Source: Octopus sinensis (taxonomy: Eukaryota). Taken from it: a DNA stretch of 64,000 nt. The translations under genes and the position numbers were made by a program. The stretch covers positions 55,118,001 through 55,182,000 of the forward strand of contig NC_043010.1 in the NCBI RefSeq assembly GCF_006345805.1, written 5' to 3'. The notes beneath the pieces were generated by a model. It was not told the DNA's origin. It worked only from the letters and a program-made list of their open reading frames with translations, and did not search any database. Shown piece by piece: positions 53,500-64,000 of the stretch (the stretch's first letter is position 1; the number at the start of each line of letters is the position of its first letter).

Positions 53500-54361
53500 G
53501 AACTGAAAATATCAAGAAAAACATGCAATTATGAAATGAAATTTTCGCCTTATGTAAGCGGCCATATACTGGAAAATAATATGTTAAACAACCATATTTA
53601 CATATCGAAGATGACCAATATTAAGCAATCACATAAAAGTCGACAGCACTGCCTTTGCTATAGCACGAGTCCTGCTACAAATAACAGCTGCTTCTCATTC
53701 CCTGACATATTTAAAGACACATTAAATAATGACATCCTAAACAACAGTGTCAAAATCAACAAACTCGTGATCATATATTGAGCCTTGAACCTAATTAATT
53801 ATAACCATTATTAACGGGATTGCTATAATTTGTAAAGAAAGCTTCCATTATGCCGAAAGAACGACCGGATGACATTGCTGATGGAAGCCATTTTACTGCA
53901 CTTTTATCATTGGAAAATGCATCCGTACGAACAGACATAATTGACACCCTCCCTGTGAACGAATAATTCTGCAGGCGATGCTAGCAGGTATTCAAAAGAA
54001 GTCATAAACATCACACGTTTATAATTTTCTTGTATAGATCTAGAAGCTAAATGCATCTTCCTGCGTTAGGAATAATTATATGATAATGGAAGAAGTGACA
54101 GGCGATGGGAAGTGCTGAATCGTTACGTAACAAAGTATATGAGTGGAAAATTTAATTGATATATAAAAGTTGATATCTAGATGAATTGCCATAAACTTGT
54201 CAACCATATATGATGCATAAAAAAAATATTGAATATTGTATTAAAAAATGAAGAACCTCATTTTGAAATAAAGTATTGCTTTGTGGTAGGTTTCGAGTTA
54301 TAATTATATACCATTCCCATAATTTTGCCTAAAAATTCAGATATTCTACGTTTTACAGAAA

Positions 54362-54528
54362 TAGGAGTGGCTGTGTGGTAAGTAGCTTGCTAACCAACCA
54401 CATGGTTGCGGGTTCAGTCCCACTGCGTGGCATCTTGGGCAAGTGTCTTCTGCTATCGCCCCGGGCCGACCAATGCCTTGTGAGTGGATTTGGTAGACGG
54501 AAACTGAAAGAAGCCTGTCGTATATATG

Positions 54529-54571
<43 letters not shown>

Positions 54572-54792
54572 TTGTGTGTCTGTGTTTGTCCCCCTAGCAT
54601 TGCTTGACAACCGATGCTGGTGTGTCTACGTCCCCGCCACTTAGCGGTTCGGCAAAAGAGACCGATAGAATAAGTACTGGGCTTACAAAGAATAAGTTCC
54701 GGGGTCGATTTGATCGACTAAAGGCGGTGCTCCAGCATGGCCGCAGTCAAATGACTGAAACAAATAAAAGAGTAAAAGAGTAAAGAGTAAAG
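54362..54792 (+). mobile_element. SINE family C, full length
   Basis: tRNA-like head, internal (TA)n(TG)n, (AAAGAGT)n tail. Confidence 0.9.
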
Positions 54793-55259
54793 TCGATATA
54801 GAACAGATTTTATTCTAATGTTGTTGTTAACAGATTAATGCACGATGGTTAGGGGTTTTATTGCGATTTCATGTTATAATATAATTACCTTGTTGTAAAG
54901 CTATCATAGCTAATAACGTCTACCGCAACGTTGTGATATCTTTCATTTTAATTCTCTTATATGATTATATATCATTAGGCGACTCTTTCCATACTCTCTA
55001 ATATGTATAATATTATTAAAAAATCCTTATGTAATAAAGAGAAATATAAACGTTGATGGATACGTTTATTTAATAGACTGTTAATATGTAATATCATTGT
55101 ACTTGATGAAATGTATGGGATCATTTAATTATAAAAGGAAGCTGGAGAGATAATCAGTTACGTAAACAGCATTTGTATCATTCGTTAGCTATTAATCTTA
55201 GTATACTAAATTAAGTATGACAGATACATACTCGCACGCCCCCATACACACACAGTGCA

Positions 55260-55420
55260 CAGGCATGGCTGTGTGGCAAGAAGCTTGTTTCCCTACCACG
55301 TTTCTGTGTACAGTCCCAATACGGGACAACTGTGGCAAGTGTCTTCTACTTTTGCCCGGGGCTGAAGAAAATCTTGTGAGTGGATTTGGTAGACAGAAAT
55401 TGAAAGACGCCCATCATAGA
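55260..55420 (+). mobile_element. SINE family C, diverged 5' half
   Basis: Similarity to 54362-54525. Confidence 0.7.
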
Positions 55421-55491
55421 TCTATCATTCGCCATGATAGATCATTAGCCACTACACATTTTTTATTTTCTCTCCTTGTTTCCCTCTGTGT

Positions 55492-55530
55492 TCTTTTCTG
55501 TGGAAGAGCATAGGCTCGAAACATTAAAGA
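55492..55530 (+). ncRNA. Hammerhead-like motif, A6U family, degenerate
   Basis: UCUUUU CUGUGGA A GAGC AUAG GCUC GAAA CA UU AAAGA. Confidence 0.5.
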
Positions 55531-55609
55531 CTTTTTCACATACCGAGCGTTATACTAATACATACGTTTGCTGTCTGCACCAACTGTCTTCTTTTTTTTT
55601 GTGAATTCT

Positions 55610-55708
<99 letters not shown>

Positions 55709-55715
55709 ATATATA

Positions 55716-56106
55716 CTAGCAGTATCGCCCGGCGTTGCTCGGGTTTGTAAGGGAAATGACTATAAGCATTTTTAGAGAGTTATAGCCCAAAAATAGCAAA
55801 AAATGCATTAAAAATGGAAGACAAATGATGGTAATTTTTTTTAAATCGTTGACTCATCGTAGATATTTTTATAGAGTTACATCCCTTATATTTAAGAAAA
55901 TATGCATTAAAATGGAAAGACATTATGGTAAATTATTTTTAAAATCGTAGACTCATCGTAGACGCGCGCTAATACCCAGAAGTGCTTGATCTGAATCACG
56001 ACTATAAGATACCTGGTTTTGGTTAAACTGCACCGCAAAATGTGGGAGTAGTTAGGAATCTAAATCGGAGTAGACAGACACACAACCTTTCTTTTATATA
56101 TAAAGA
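55716..56106 (-). mobile_element. Non-autonomous Helitron, complete (391 bp)
   Basis: Minus strand starts A|TCTTTATATATAAAAG and ends with hairpin cccgagcaacgccggg then CTAG|T; inserted in (TA)n. Confidence 0.85.
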
Positions 56107-56109
56107 TAT

Positions 56110-56166
<57 letters not shown>

Positions 56167-56571
56167 TATATAAGTACTGAGGCCAATTTGCTCGACTCTT
56201 TTGTTCTTCAAGACTTAGCTCCAGCATGGCTGCACTCTAATAACTAAAAACTATAAAAGATAAAACGATATACATTGACGATAATTATATTAACTTCAAT
56301 ATTGTGTCACTTGGCAATGTTTCGTGATACAATGAGGGTTCCTCAGTCGAATATCAGAATAAATTATGCAGTGAAAATTAATTATCACAGAATACAAATC
56401 TAAATGCCATATGGCAAAAGATCCGCGTACCATAATGTTGCTCTTGTTAATCTTACAACAAATGATATCCAGTTGGCATGAACTTTCTGAATATGAAGTT
56501 AATTTTTAATGCCTCTTTGACTGTAATGTCATCTCCCGATTCGAGATATATCTATTATACTATATTGAGTG

Positions 56572-56700
56572 AGGATGGTAGCCTAGTGGTTAGGGTGTCG
56601 CGATAGCGTGCTTGGAATTTATATTCCCTGTCTGGGCGGCGCGTGGTACTGTTGAGTGAAACACAATATTTCAATTTGCTATGTGATCACTGTGGCATCA
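56572..56700 (+). mobile_element. SINE family E, degenerate head
   Basis: tagcctagtggttagggtgtc...ctgggcggcgcgtggt, similar to the 40196 head. Confidence 0.5.
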
Positions 56701-57087
56701 GAGAGATAGCATACCTATGTCTTGTACACGCAATATCCATTTTATGAAGTGAATTTGCAGTGAAAATATTTGATCATTATCAAAGATTTCTTCGAGTTGT
56801 TCGATTATTAATTACAGGGTGCTGTCGTGGTTTCTATCTCGGGGCAATCATAATGGGGTGCCGTATTCCAATGAAGTGTGCTTGGATAATTTAAAGGTTT
56901 AATACAGTTTTGTGTACCAGTAAGATATGTATTGATATGCTGCCTACACATGCTACTCCACCCGTAAAATAACATCTTGCTACGATCAATGAGAAAGCAG
57001 TTAAAGTTTATGTAGACATGAGTCAAAAACATAATTATATTCTTTGGACTACACGATTTCAAATTTGTCGACTACAAGAGGAGACTG

Positions 57088-57392
57088 TGGAGGCACATGG
57101 CCTAGTGGTTAGAGCAGCGGACTCGCGTTCGAGGGATCGCGGGTTCGAATGTCAGACCGGATGATGTGCGTGTTTATGAGCGAGACACCTAAGCTCCACG
57201 CGGCTCCGGCAGAAGATAATGGCGAACCTCTGCTGCCACTTTCGCCACAACCTTCTCTCACTCTTTCCTCCTGCATCTTGCAACTCACCTGCGACGGACC
57301 GGCGTCCCGTCCAGGTGGGGAACCTATACGCCAAGGAAACAGCGAACCCGGCCCTATGAGCCAGGCGTGGCTCGAGAAAGAACAAACAAACG
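57088..57392 (+). mobile_element. SINE family D-like, full length
   Basis: A/B boxes; (AAAC)n tail; TSD agaggaga(c/g)tg at 57077-57087 and 57393-57403. Confidence 0.88.
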
Positions 57393-57974
57393 AGAGGAGA
57401 GTGCACAATACTATTTTAGAAGGAGCTGGCATATCTGAAATCGTGTAGTTGAAGGAATTTAATTATAATTGTAATTATGTAGTCTAATTAATGTTTATAT
57501 AAATTTTCACTACTTTCTCATTGTTCGTAACAAGATATTATTTTAGGGGTGGGTCAGCACGTGTAGTTAGTATAGCAGTAAAGATCTTCTCAGCACACAA
57601 AACTGCTGTAAATCTTTAGATTAGACAAGCCCATTTCATTGGAGTGCATATCCGTTTCATGAGCTGCTGTAGGGAGTGACCACGAAAGTTGGTTACCATT
57701 CTTAAGTAAACATTACGTCAGATAAATGAATTTTACACCGGAAAGTACTAAAAAGTAACGAAGCCTAAACGACAAAAGACACAGTTCACATTCATTTGCG
57801 TGTTAGGTTTATTTAATTTGACACAAAATTCTTGTAAATCAGACTCCCTCTCGCTCTTTATCTCTCTCTCTCTCTCTTGCACATAGATATTGTCACGTAT
57901 TCACATATAAAATTCAATAAAAGTGCAAAAATATCAAGTTTAGTATAATAAATTAGGAAACAAAAATTACGTAT

Positions 57975-58352
57975 AGGTGCAGGGGTGTCTGTGGAGTTAG
58001 AAACGGAGTTCCAAACCGTAGAGTTCTGGGTGGTTCGTTGGGCAATGTTCTACTATAGCCTCGGGCTGACCGAAGAATTTTGAACGGGTTTGGCAGACAG
58101 AAACTGAAAGAAGCCCGTCGTGCATGTATGAATCTATGAGTGTGTCATTTTGTCTGCTTGTCCCCCACCGCAGATTGGCAACCGGTGTTGGTGTGTTTAT
58201 GTCCCCGTAATTTAGCTGTGTTGCAAAAGAGACAGATATGATAAATAGTAGGTTTTAAAAAATAATACTAGGATCGATTCATTCGACTGAAATTCATCTA
58301 AGCGATGCTCCAGTATGACCGCAGTCTAACAACTAAAACAAGTACAATATAA
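57975..58352 (+). mobile_element. SINE family C, old diverged copy
   Basis: Colinear diverged similarity to 54362-54792. Confidence 0.75.
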
Positions 58353-59499
58353 AAGAGAACACAACCCATTCTATGCATTCATCAATGAATAAGATGAAAT
58401 AAAGCATAGCTTCATAGTTTCATATATTTTCTGCGCTTTGCTTTCATACCAAAAAATTCATACCGATCGCATGTCACACGCTTCGTAGCTATTAATGGAT
58501 TACAACGCAAAAATCATATAATAACCATTACTACTGACCCGTAGTAAACATAATTCAAGTGAAACAATAGCTTTGGAAATAAATATAATTTCATAAAATA
58601 TTGCAACACATATTGCACTTAATTGCACACTTGATCAATAACAACAGAAATATAAAAAAAAAGCAATCCCTTGATGAAGTAAAACACACATAAATTTTTC
58701 AAGATCAAACGGTACTAAAACTGCATAAATCTGTGCAAACCAAGGTGGTGCAATATAACTATGCATTAATCTCTTTATAAGAACGTGGTGACACTTTAAT
58801 AATAAAGACAATATTCGATATGGAAGCGAAGCAAACTTAAAACAAAAAAATAAAATCAAGTAATGACACCGGGTACACGTTTTACTTAATCGAATAGGAA
58901 GGCAATTGACTATCGTTCATAAAACATAGGTTTTATGATATTCAGAAGAGTATGATCGCCTAGGAAAAGCACTTCAAAAAATAAAATTAAGTGGATGCTA
59001 CATCCATGAGATAAAGACATGGATGTTAAATATCAAAGGATGTTCCTTGTGTTGTGAAAGCAATAAGCTATTTGATGACACAGAAACACGAGGGAAATTT
59101 TCTAGTAAAGTGAATGGGACAGTGGATCGAATATATGCAGTACAATATGGCAGCGCAATGGAATGGAGGGAACAGGTTGAAAACCCTATAGTGTGAACTA
59201 TATGCAACACTACAAACTAGCAGTAACAAGATTGTCGATTTCCGATTGATTTGCTTGAATAATCCCTATGATCACATGGTGATATATTTCAGTGACGTGG
59301 TCAGCGGATAAAAATTAGCATTGGAATGTTTACTGAAGAGTAAAAAAAAAAATATCGTTTAGCTCCGAACGACTCAGATACCAAATAGTTCCAGAGATAA
59401 AGACCTCTACCAACAGATATAGTTTTTTTTCCTACATATTGGGTTATTACCTGGAGAGTTATAATATTATATATGAAGGAAGAGACCTACCGGAAAAAA

Positions 59500-59600
59500 G
59501 TTGGGTTCCGGGTTCAGTCGCACTGCGTGGCACCTTGGGCAAGTGTCTTCTATAACCTCGGGCCGACCAAAGCCTTGTGAGTGGATTTGGTAGACGGAAG
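59500..59600 (+). mobile_element. SINE family C fragment
   Basis: ccgggttcagtcgcactgcgtggcacc...ggtagacggaa. Confidence 0.8.
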
Positions 59601-59734
59601 GTTGCAAACTTGGCACATATAAGCGGAAAATGAGGCAGGGTTATCTTGGGTAGTTAACCTAATAGCATTGGGTTTTCCACATTATTGAATACTGCAGGGA
59701 TCTGGATATATAAACAAATCATTCGAAATGCTAA

Positions 59735-59878
59735 CATTTTTCTTGTTTTCCTGTCTATTTTGGTTAGTTCATTTAGTGTCCAGTTTAAGATATTGTAGCT
59801 GTAACTTATAACTGGGACGACTAAAGTGTTAATACCTATCATCTTGTTTTTAGAATTGAGTTCTGTTTTTAGTATTGT
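59735..59878 (-). pseudogene. Internal Dong LINE fragment
   Basis: MIGINTLVVPVISYSYNILNWTLNELTKIDRKTRK, closely matching the segment at ~25700-25840. Confidence 0.85.
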
Positions 59879-60389
59879 TATTCAACATTATTGTATACTG
59901 CAGGCATCAGGATATATAAACAAATAATTCGAAATGCTAATGGATTACATCAACCATATCATCTCAAAATGGAAATCAACAAAATAATTACAAGACGGAT
60001 AGAGTATAATAAAAATTAACGTTATACATTTAAGGACGCTTATTATCTCCTGCTTTATTTTGACATTTTCTGACGTCTGCTGAATGAACATTCTAATGCT
60101 TATATATGCAACGCATCTATCATAAATAATGTGCTTTAAAAAGACAACTGAAATATTTTTACTGTCTTGAAAAAAAAAAAAACAGCAAGAAAGCTTATTA
60201 CAAACTTAGCTGATAAATTCAATAAAACCAAGACGGTAAAGTGCATTAGGGATTATAGAAATATAACAAATCTATTGTTAGAAAAGATTACTAAAATGGT
60301 GGACTTTAATTTAGATAAACAACGGAAATAGAAAAGAACAGTCGAGGACGACACAGAACTATTTCAATGTAGATGAGACTGATTAATCA

Positions 60390-60560
60390 ACACGGAGAAA
60401 TGAAGGAGAAAATAAAACTAAAAGAAACATACAATTACAGAATAGTTAGCCTAATGAACTTATTGCTAGAAATAGTATGATAGGTATAAATACACCAGAA
60501 ATGCCAGTTATTCGATATATTAATCTGGAAGGTCTGTGAATAGAAAAGTTTAGGCAGACA
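60390..60560 (+). pseudogene. Highly degenerate Dong-like RT C-terminal fragment
   Basis: MKEKIKLKE..YRIV and MIGINT..MPVIRY versus MKEKIKKEYYRRV and IIGINILAVPVISY. Confidence 0.5.
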
Positions 60561-60603
60561 AATGGGGAAAGAACTGAAATATATATATAATATATATATA
60601 TAT

Positions 60604-60646
<43 letters not shown>

Positions 60647-60700
60647 ATATATAAGCATATAAATATAAATATATGTGTGTGTGTTTATATATCTATATAT

Positions 60701-60759
<59 letters not shown>

Positions 60760-61059
60760 GAATGTATGTATAGTATATTTGCCGATGCCTGTGATCTGTT
60801 AATTTATCTATCATGTATCTTCTGTAGAAATTAGCTATTGTGAAAGATTTTCTTGGTAAGTATTCTTGAAATCGACAATTTGCAAATATGTAAAAGCAAT
60901 GACAAATTACACAGGGGAGCTCGTTATTTTGTGAACCGATTGTTGCATCTGATTAAACAAAATCATTTACAACTTTAAACGAAATCAGAACAAGACAATT
61001 TTTCGTTTCCTGAAGGGATTATATGGTTATTTAATGCAGATGTGATCGTATGTATATTA

Positions 61060-61545
<486 letters not shown>

Positions 61546-61841
61546 TAGATCGAGAAATAGATGGGTTTTTTTGAAAAGGACAGATGTAGGGAACGCGCAG
61601 AAATTAATGAACCCGATTCATTTCGTAACATTAAAGAGTCAATTATGAATCCTCATACAGCCCCAGTTATTTTTTCAAACATATCATTCTTAAATCTTTA
61701 TTTTGAGTCATACTGATACATCAAACAAACTATGCCTACCACTTTACACACACATACGCATAAATAAATATATATACATACATGTATTTGTGTGTGTATG
61801 TATGTGCCTTCGAATATAAATTTACGCAAACATAGCTACAC

Positions 61842-61900
<59 letters not shown>

Positions 61901-62369
61901 GGTGACAGGAAAGAATAAATGAACAGTATCCCCTTCCTTGATTGAAGAGGTCATTGCATTTCGTTTGCCTTGAATGTGATCAACCGACCTGCATAGTAGT
62001 TGCGTATTTTGCTCATCTCTCTGTCTAACTATTATTCTGTTATGTTCCACCCTTCTCTGTCTTTCGTGCACTACAGTTTAACTACTTGAGAAATAAGCTA
62101 AGCTAAGAGTGGTCGTGGGAAAATTGTATCTTCCCTACTCCTAGACTGTATAGTCTCGGAAAAGTGTTAAGTAATACATGAGTTGAACTTGAAAATGATA
62201 TTTGCTAGCAACTGGCTTGCAACCTGTGTGTACATGTCTATGTTTGTGAATATGCAAAACTGGTCTTACAAACCAAGGAAAGTGCCTTTTTCATAAGCCA
62301 ATATTTAAACCTGAAACCAGTTTTTTAATAGACATAAGTTGTTAATAATTGACTTTCACAAGGCGCCAA

Positions 62370-62560
62370 GCTGGCACGCCAGGCAATAATCTTTACAGCA
62401 TTTCGTCCTCCTTGAGGATCTGAATTCAAATTCTGCCGGAGTCATCTTCTTTTCGTCATTTTGGAATAGATAAAATATTTATGAGTTAAATTTCGGGCTC
62501 GTTGTAATCGACAACACCTCGGCCCAGAATTGCTATCCACGTACCATAAATAGGAACCGC
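62370..62560 (+). mobile_element. SINE family B, old degenerate copy
   Basis: ctggcacgcc...catttcgtc...tgaattcaaattctgccggagtc. Confidence 0.55.
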
Positions 62561-62675
62561 TAACAGTCTTTCATATGTATATTGCCTACTTCGATTTTCT
62601 AACATTTGAGATTTTAAAAAATTATGGCAGCGTAACTTAGTTATTTGAAGAATTTGCAGTCACACGTTTTATATA

Positions 62676-62702
62676 TATTAGATTGGTGCATAATTATTGC
62701 AG
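62676..62702 (+). mobile_element. Possible solitary mariner-type TIR
   Basis: TA|TTAGATTGGTGCATAATTATTGC resembles mariner TIRs; no clear partner TIR found. Confidence 0.3.
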
Positions 62703-63689
62703 ACTGAATTACTTTCGGACTTGGGTTAATGAGCTCAACAATCTCTCTACTGTCACCAAAGCGACTTTTCTTCTGTTTTTCACTGCACACACGGAACTCA
62801 AGTTTTGTACAAAGTTTGTGCATGTTCAGGGTTACAAAAATAAATCTGTATATAGTTGTTACACCAACTCTGAACTGCATTTTATTTGTCTTTAGAGTCA
62901 CCCGATATTCATCAAGAAAATTTGCGTATATTTTCGATCAGCTCTGATACCCTAACATCCCACTCCTTTCCACACTCCTTATCATCTCTCACTCCCACTT
63001 CCCCGTCCTTGAACCTCTTTTGTCAGCGAAAGACAGAGGGTACACTGATCCAAGCCTGGATCATTTCACATGATTTTGCTGTAAAGTTTCCCAATTTAGC
63101 AGAAAGTTTATTGGCTAGCCTCTTTCAAAACTATCTTCATTCCGACTAGCTCACTCTGACAAGCAGTGTTTGATAGAGTGCGTTCAAAGTACCGTTAAAG
63201 TAGTCTCGTTCAATTTAGAATAAAATATTGGCATGTCAGTTTATTCGATGTTTAGCAATAATACATTAAAATAATAATCTAGGTTAGATATTACTACCTC
63301 TCCTTAAAAAGTCTTAAACTTTCTGAAAAGCAGCTCATGCACTATAAGACAATTACATCTAAGATGCTGCTGCGTACAGAAACGTCAACCACTGAGAAGC
63401 CACATTTCTTGAATATATCAACATTACAGCCTCTGTCCTTCAACAAATACCTGAAGAAATTACACAAAGAATGTGCCATATGTGATCAAACAGGTGATCG
63501 ATTTTACGTTATATTGAACAACAGTAGTCGGACAGAAAATCGATAATCATCAACTTTTCGCTCTCGTGTAAGACCTAGAACGTAACGTTCAAGACGCCGA
63601 GAAGCGATTTATAGCAGAAAGTAGTATCGGATAATATATGAATGATCTGAACTCCGGGGGAAGAAAATAGCATTAATTTTACTTAGCAA

Positions 63690-64000
63690 GTGACTGTGTG
63701 GCTGTGCGGTAAGAAGATTGATACCCGGTCCCATGGGACCGGGTTATGTGCTACAGCGTGGCAATTTGTGTAATTGTCTTCTAAAGCCTCAGGCCAGTCC
63801 ATACCACGTGTGTGGATTATGTAGACGGAAACTGGAAGAACCCCACCGCATGTGTGTGCGCGTGTGTATGGGTGCGTGTGCATGTGTGTGTCTTTGTAAC
63901 TGTGTTTCTCAACCCATCACCTCTTGATACCCGGTGTTGGTGTGTTTAAGTTCCCGTAACTTAGAGATCAACAGAATAAATACTGGGCTTAAAATATATG
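63690..64000 (+). mobile_element. SINE family C, old diverged copy
   Basis: gtggctgtgcggtaag...gtagacggaaactggaagaa...ccggtgttggtgtgttta..cccgtaacttag. Confidence 0.7.

Noticed and set aside
53536-53781. 81-aa ORF as a host exon
   Set aside because: No homology recognisable by eye and no convincing splice signals
63596-63608. 13-nt match to the U2 snRNA 5' end (ATCGCTTCTCGGC, minus strand)
   Set aside because: Similarity stops immediately; no branch-point recognition region or Sm site

Overview
AT-rich eukaryotic (animal) non-coding DNA, intronic or intergenic, saturated with microsatellites and transposable-element relics. The SINE families and repeat landscape look like an Octopus-type cephalopod genome (inference, no search run). 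I found no host protein-coding exon; most listed ORFs are microsatellite translation artefacts. Recognisable coding relics: a 5'-truncated but nearly intact Dong/R4-clade RLE LINE in a (TAA)n tract (24.3-27.05 kb) plus four other Dong-like fragments; 3' ends of a Tx1/L1-like and a CR1/L2-like LINE; a Helitron helicase remnant and a complete non-autonomous Helitron; a mariner fragment; and the C-terminus of a Penelope GIY-YIG ORF. Several tRNA-derived SINE families (labelled A-E here), MITEs, an interstitial (TTAGGG)n tract and a near-identical 1.5 kb tandem duplication are also present. The most striking unannotated signal is nine minimal type I hammerhead-ribozyme-like motifs in six different sequence contexts. 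They sit in small Penelope/retrozyme-like elements, mostly in inverted-repeat contexts. Their cores vary: canonical CUGANGA, compensatory U3-A8, U4C, and A6U with an extra nucleotide. All folds were derived by eye and none is tested.
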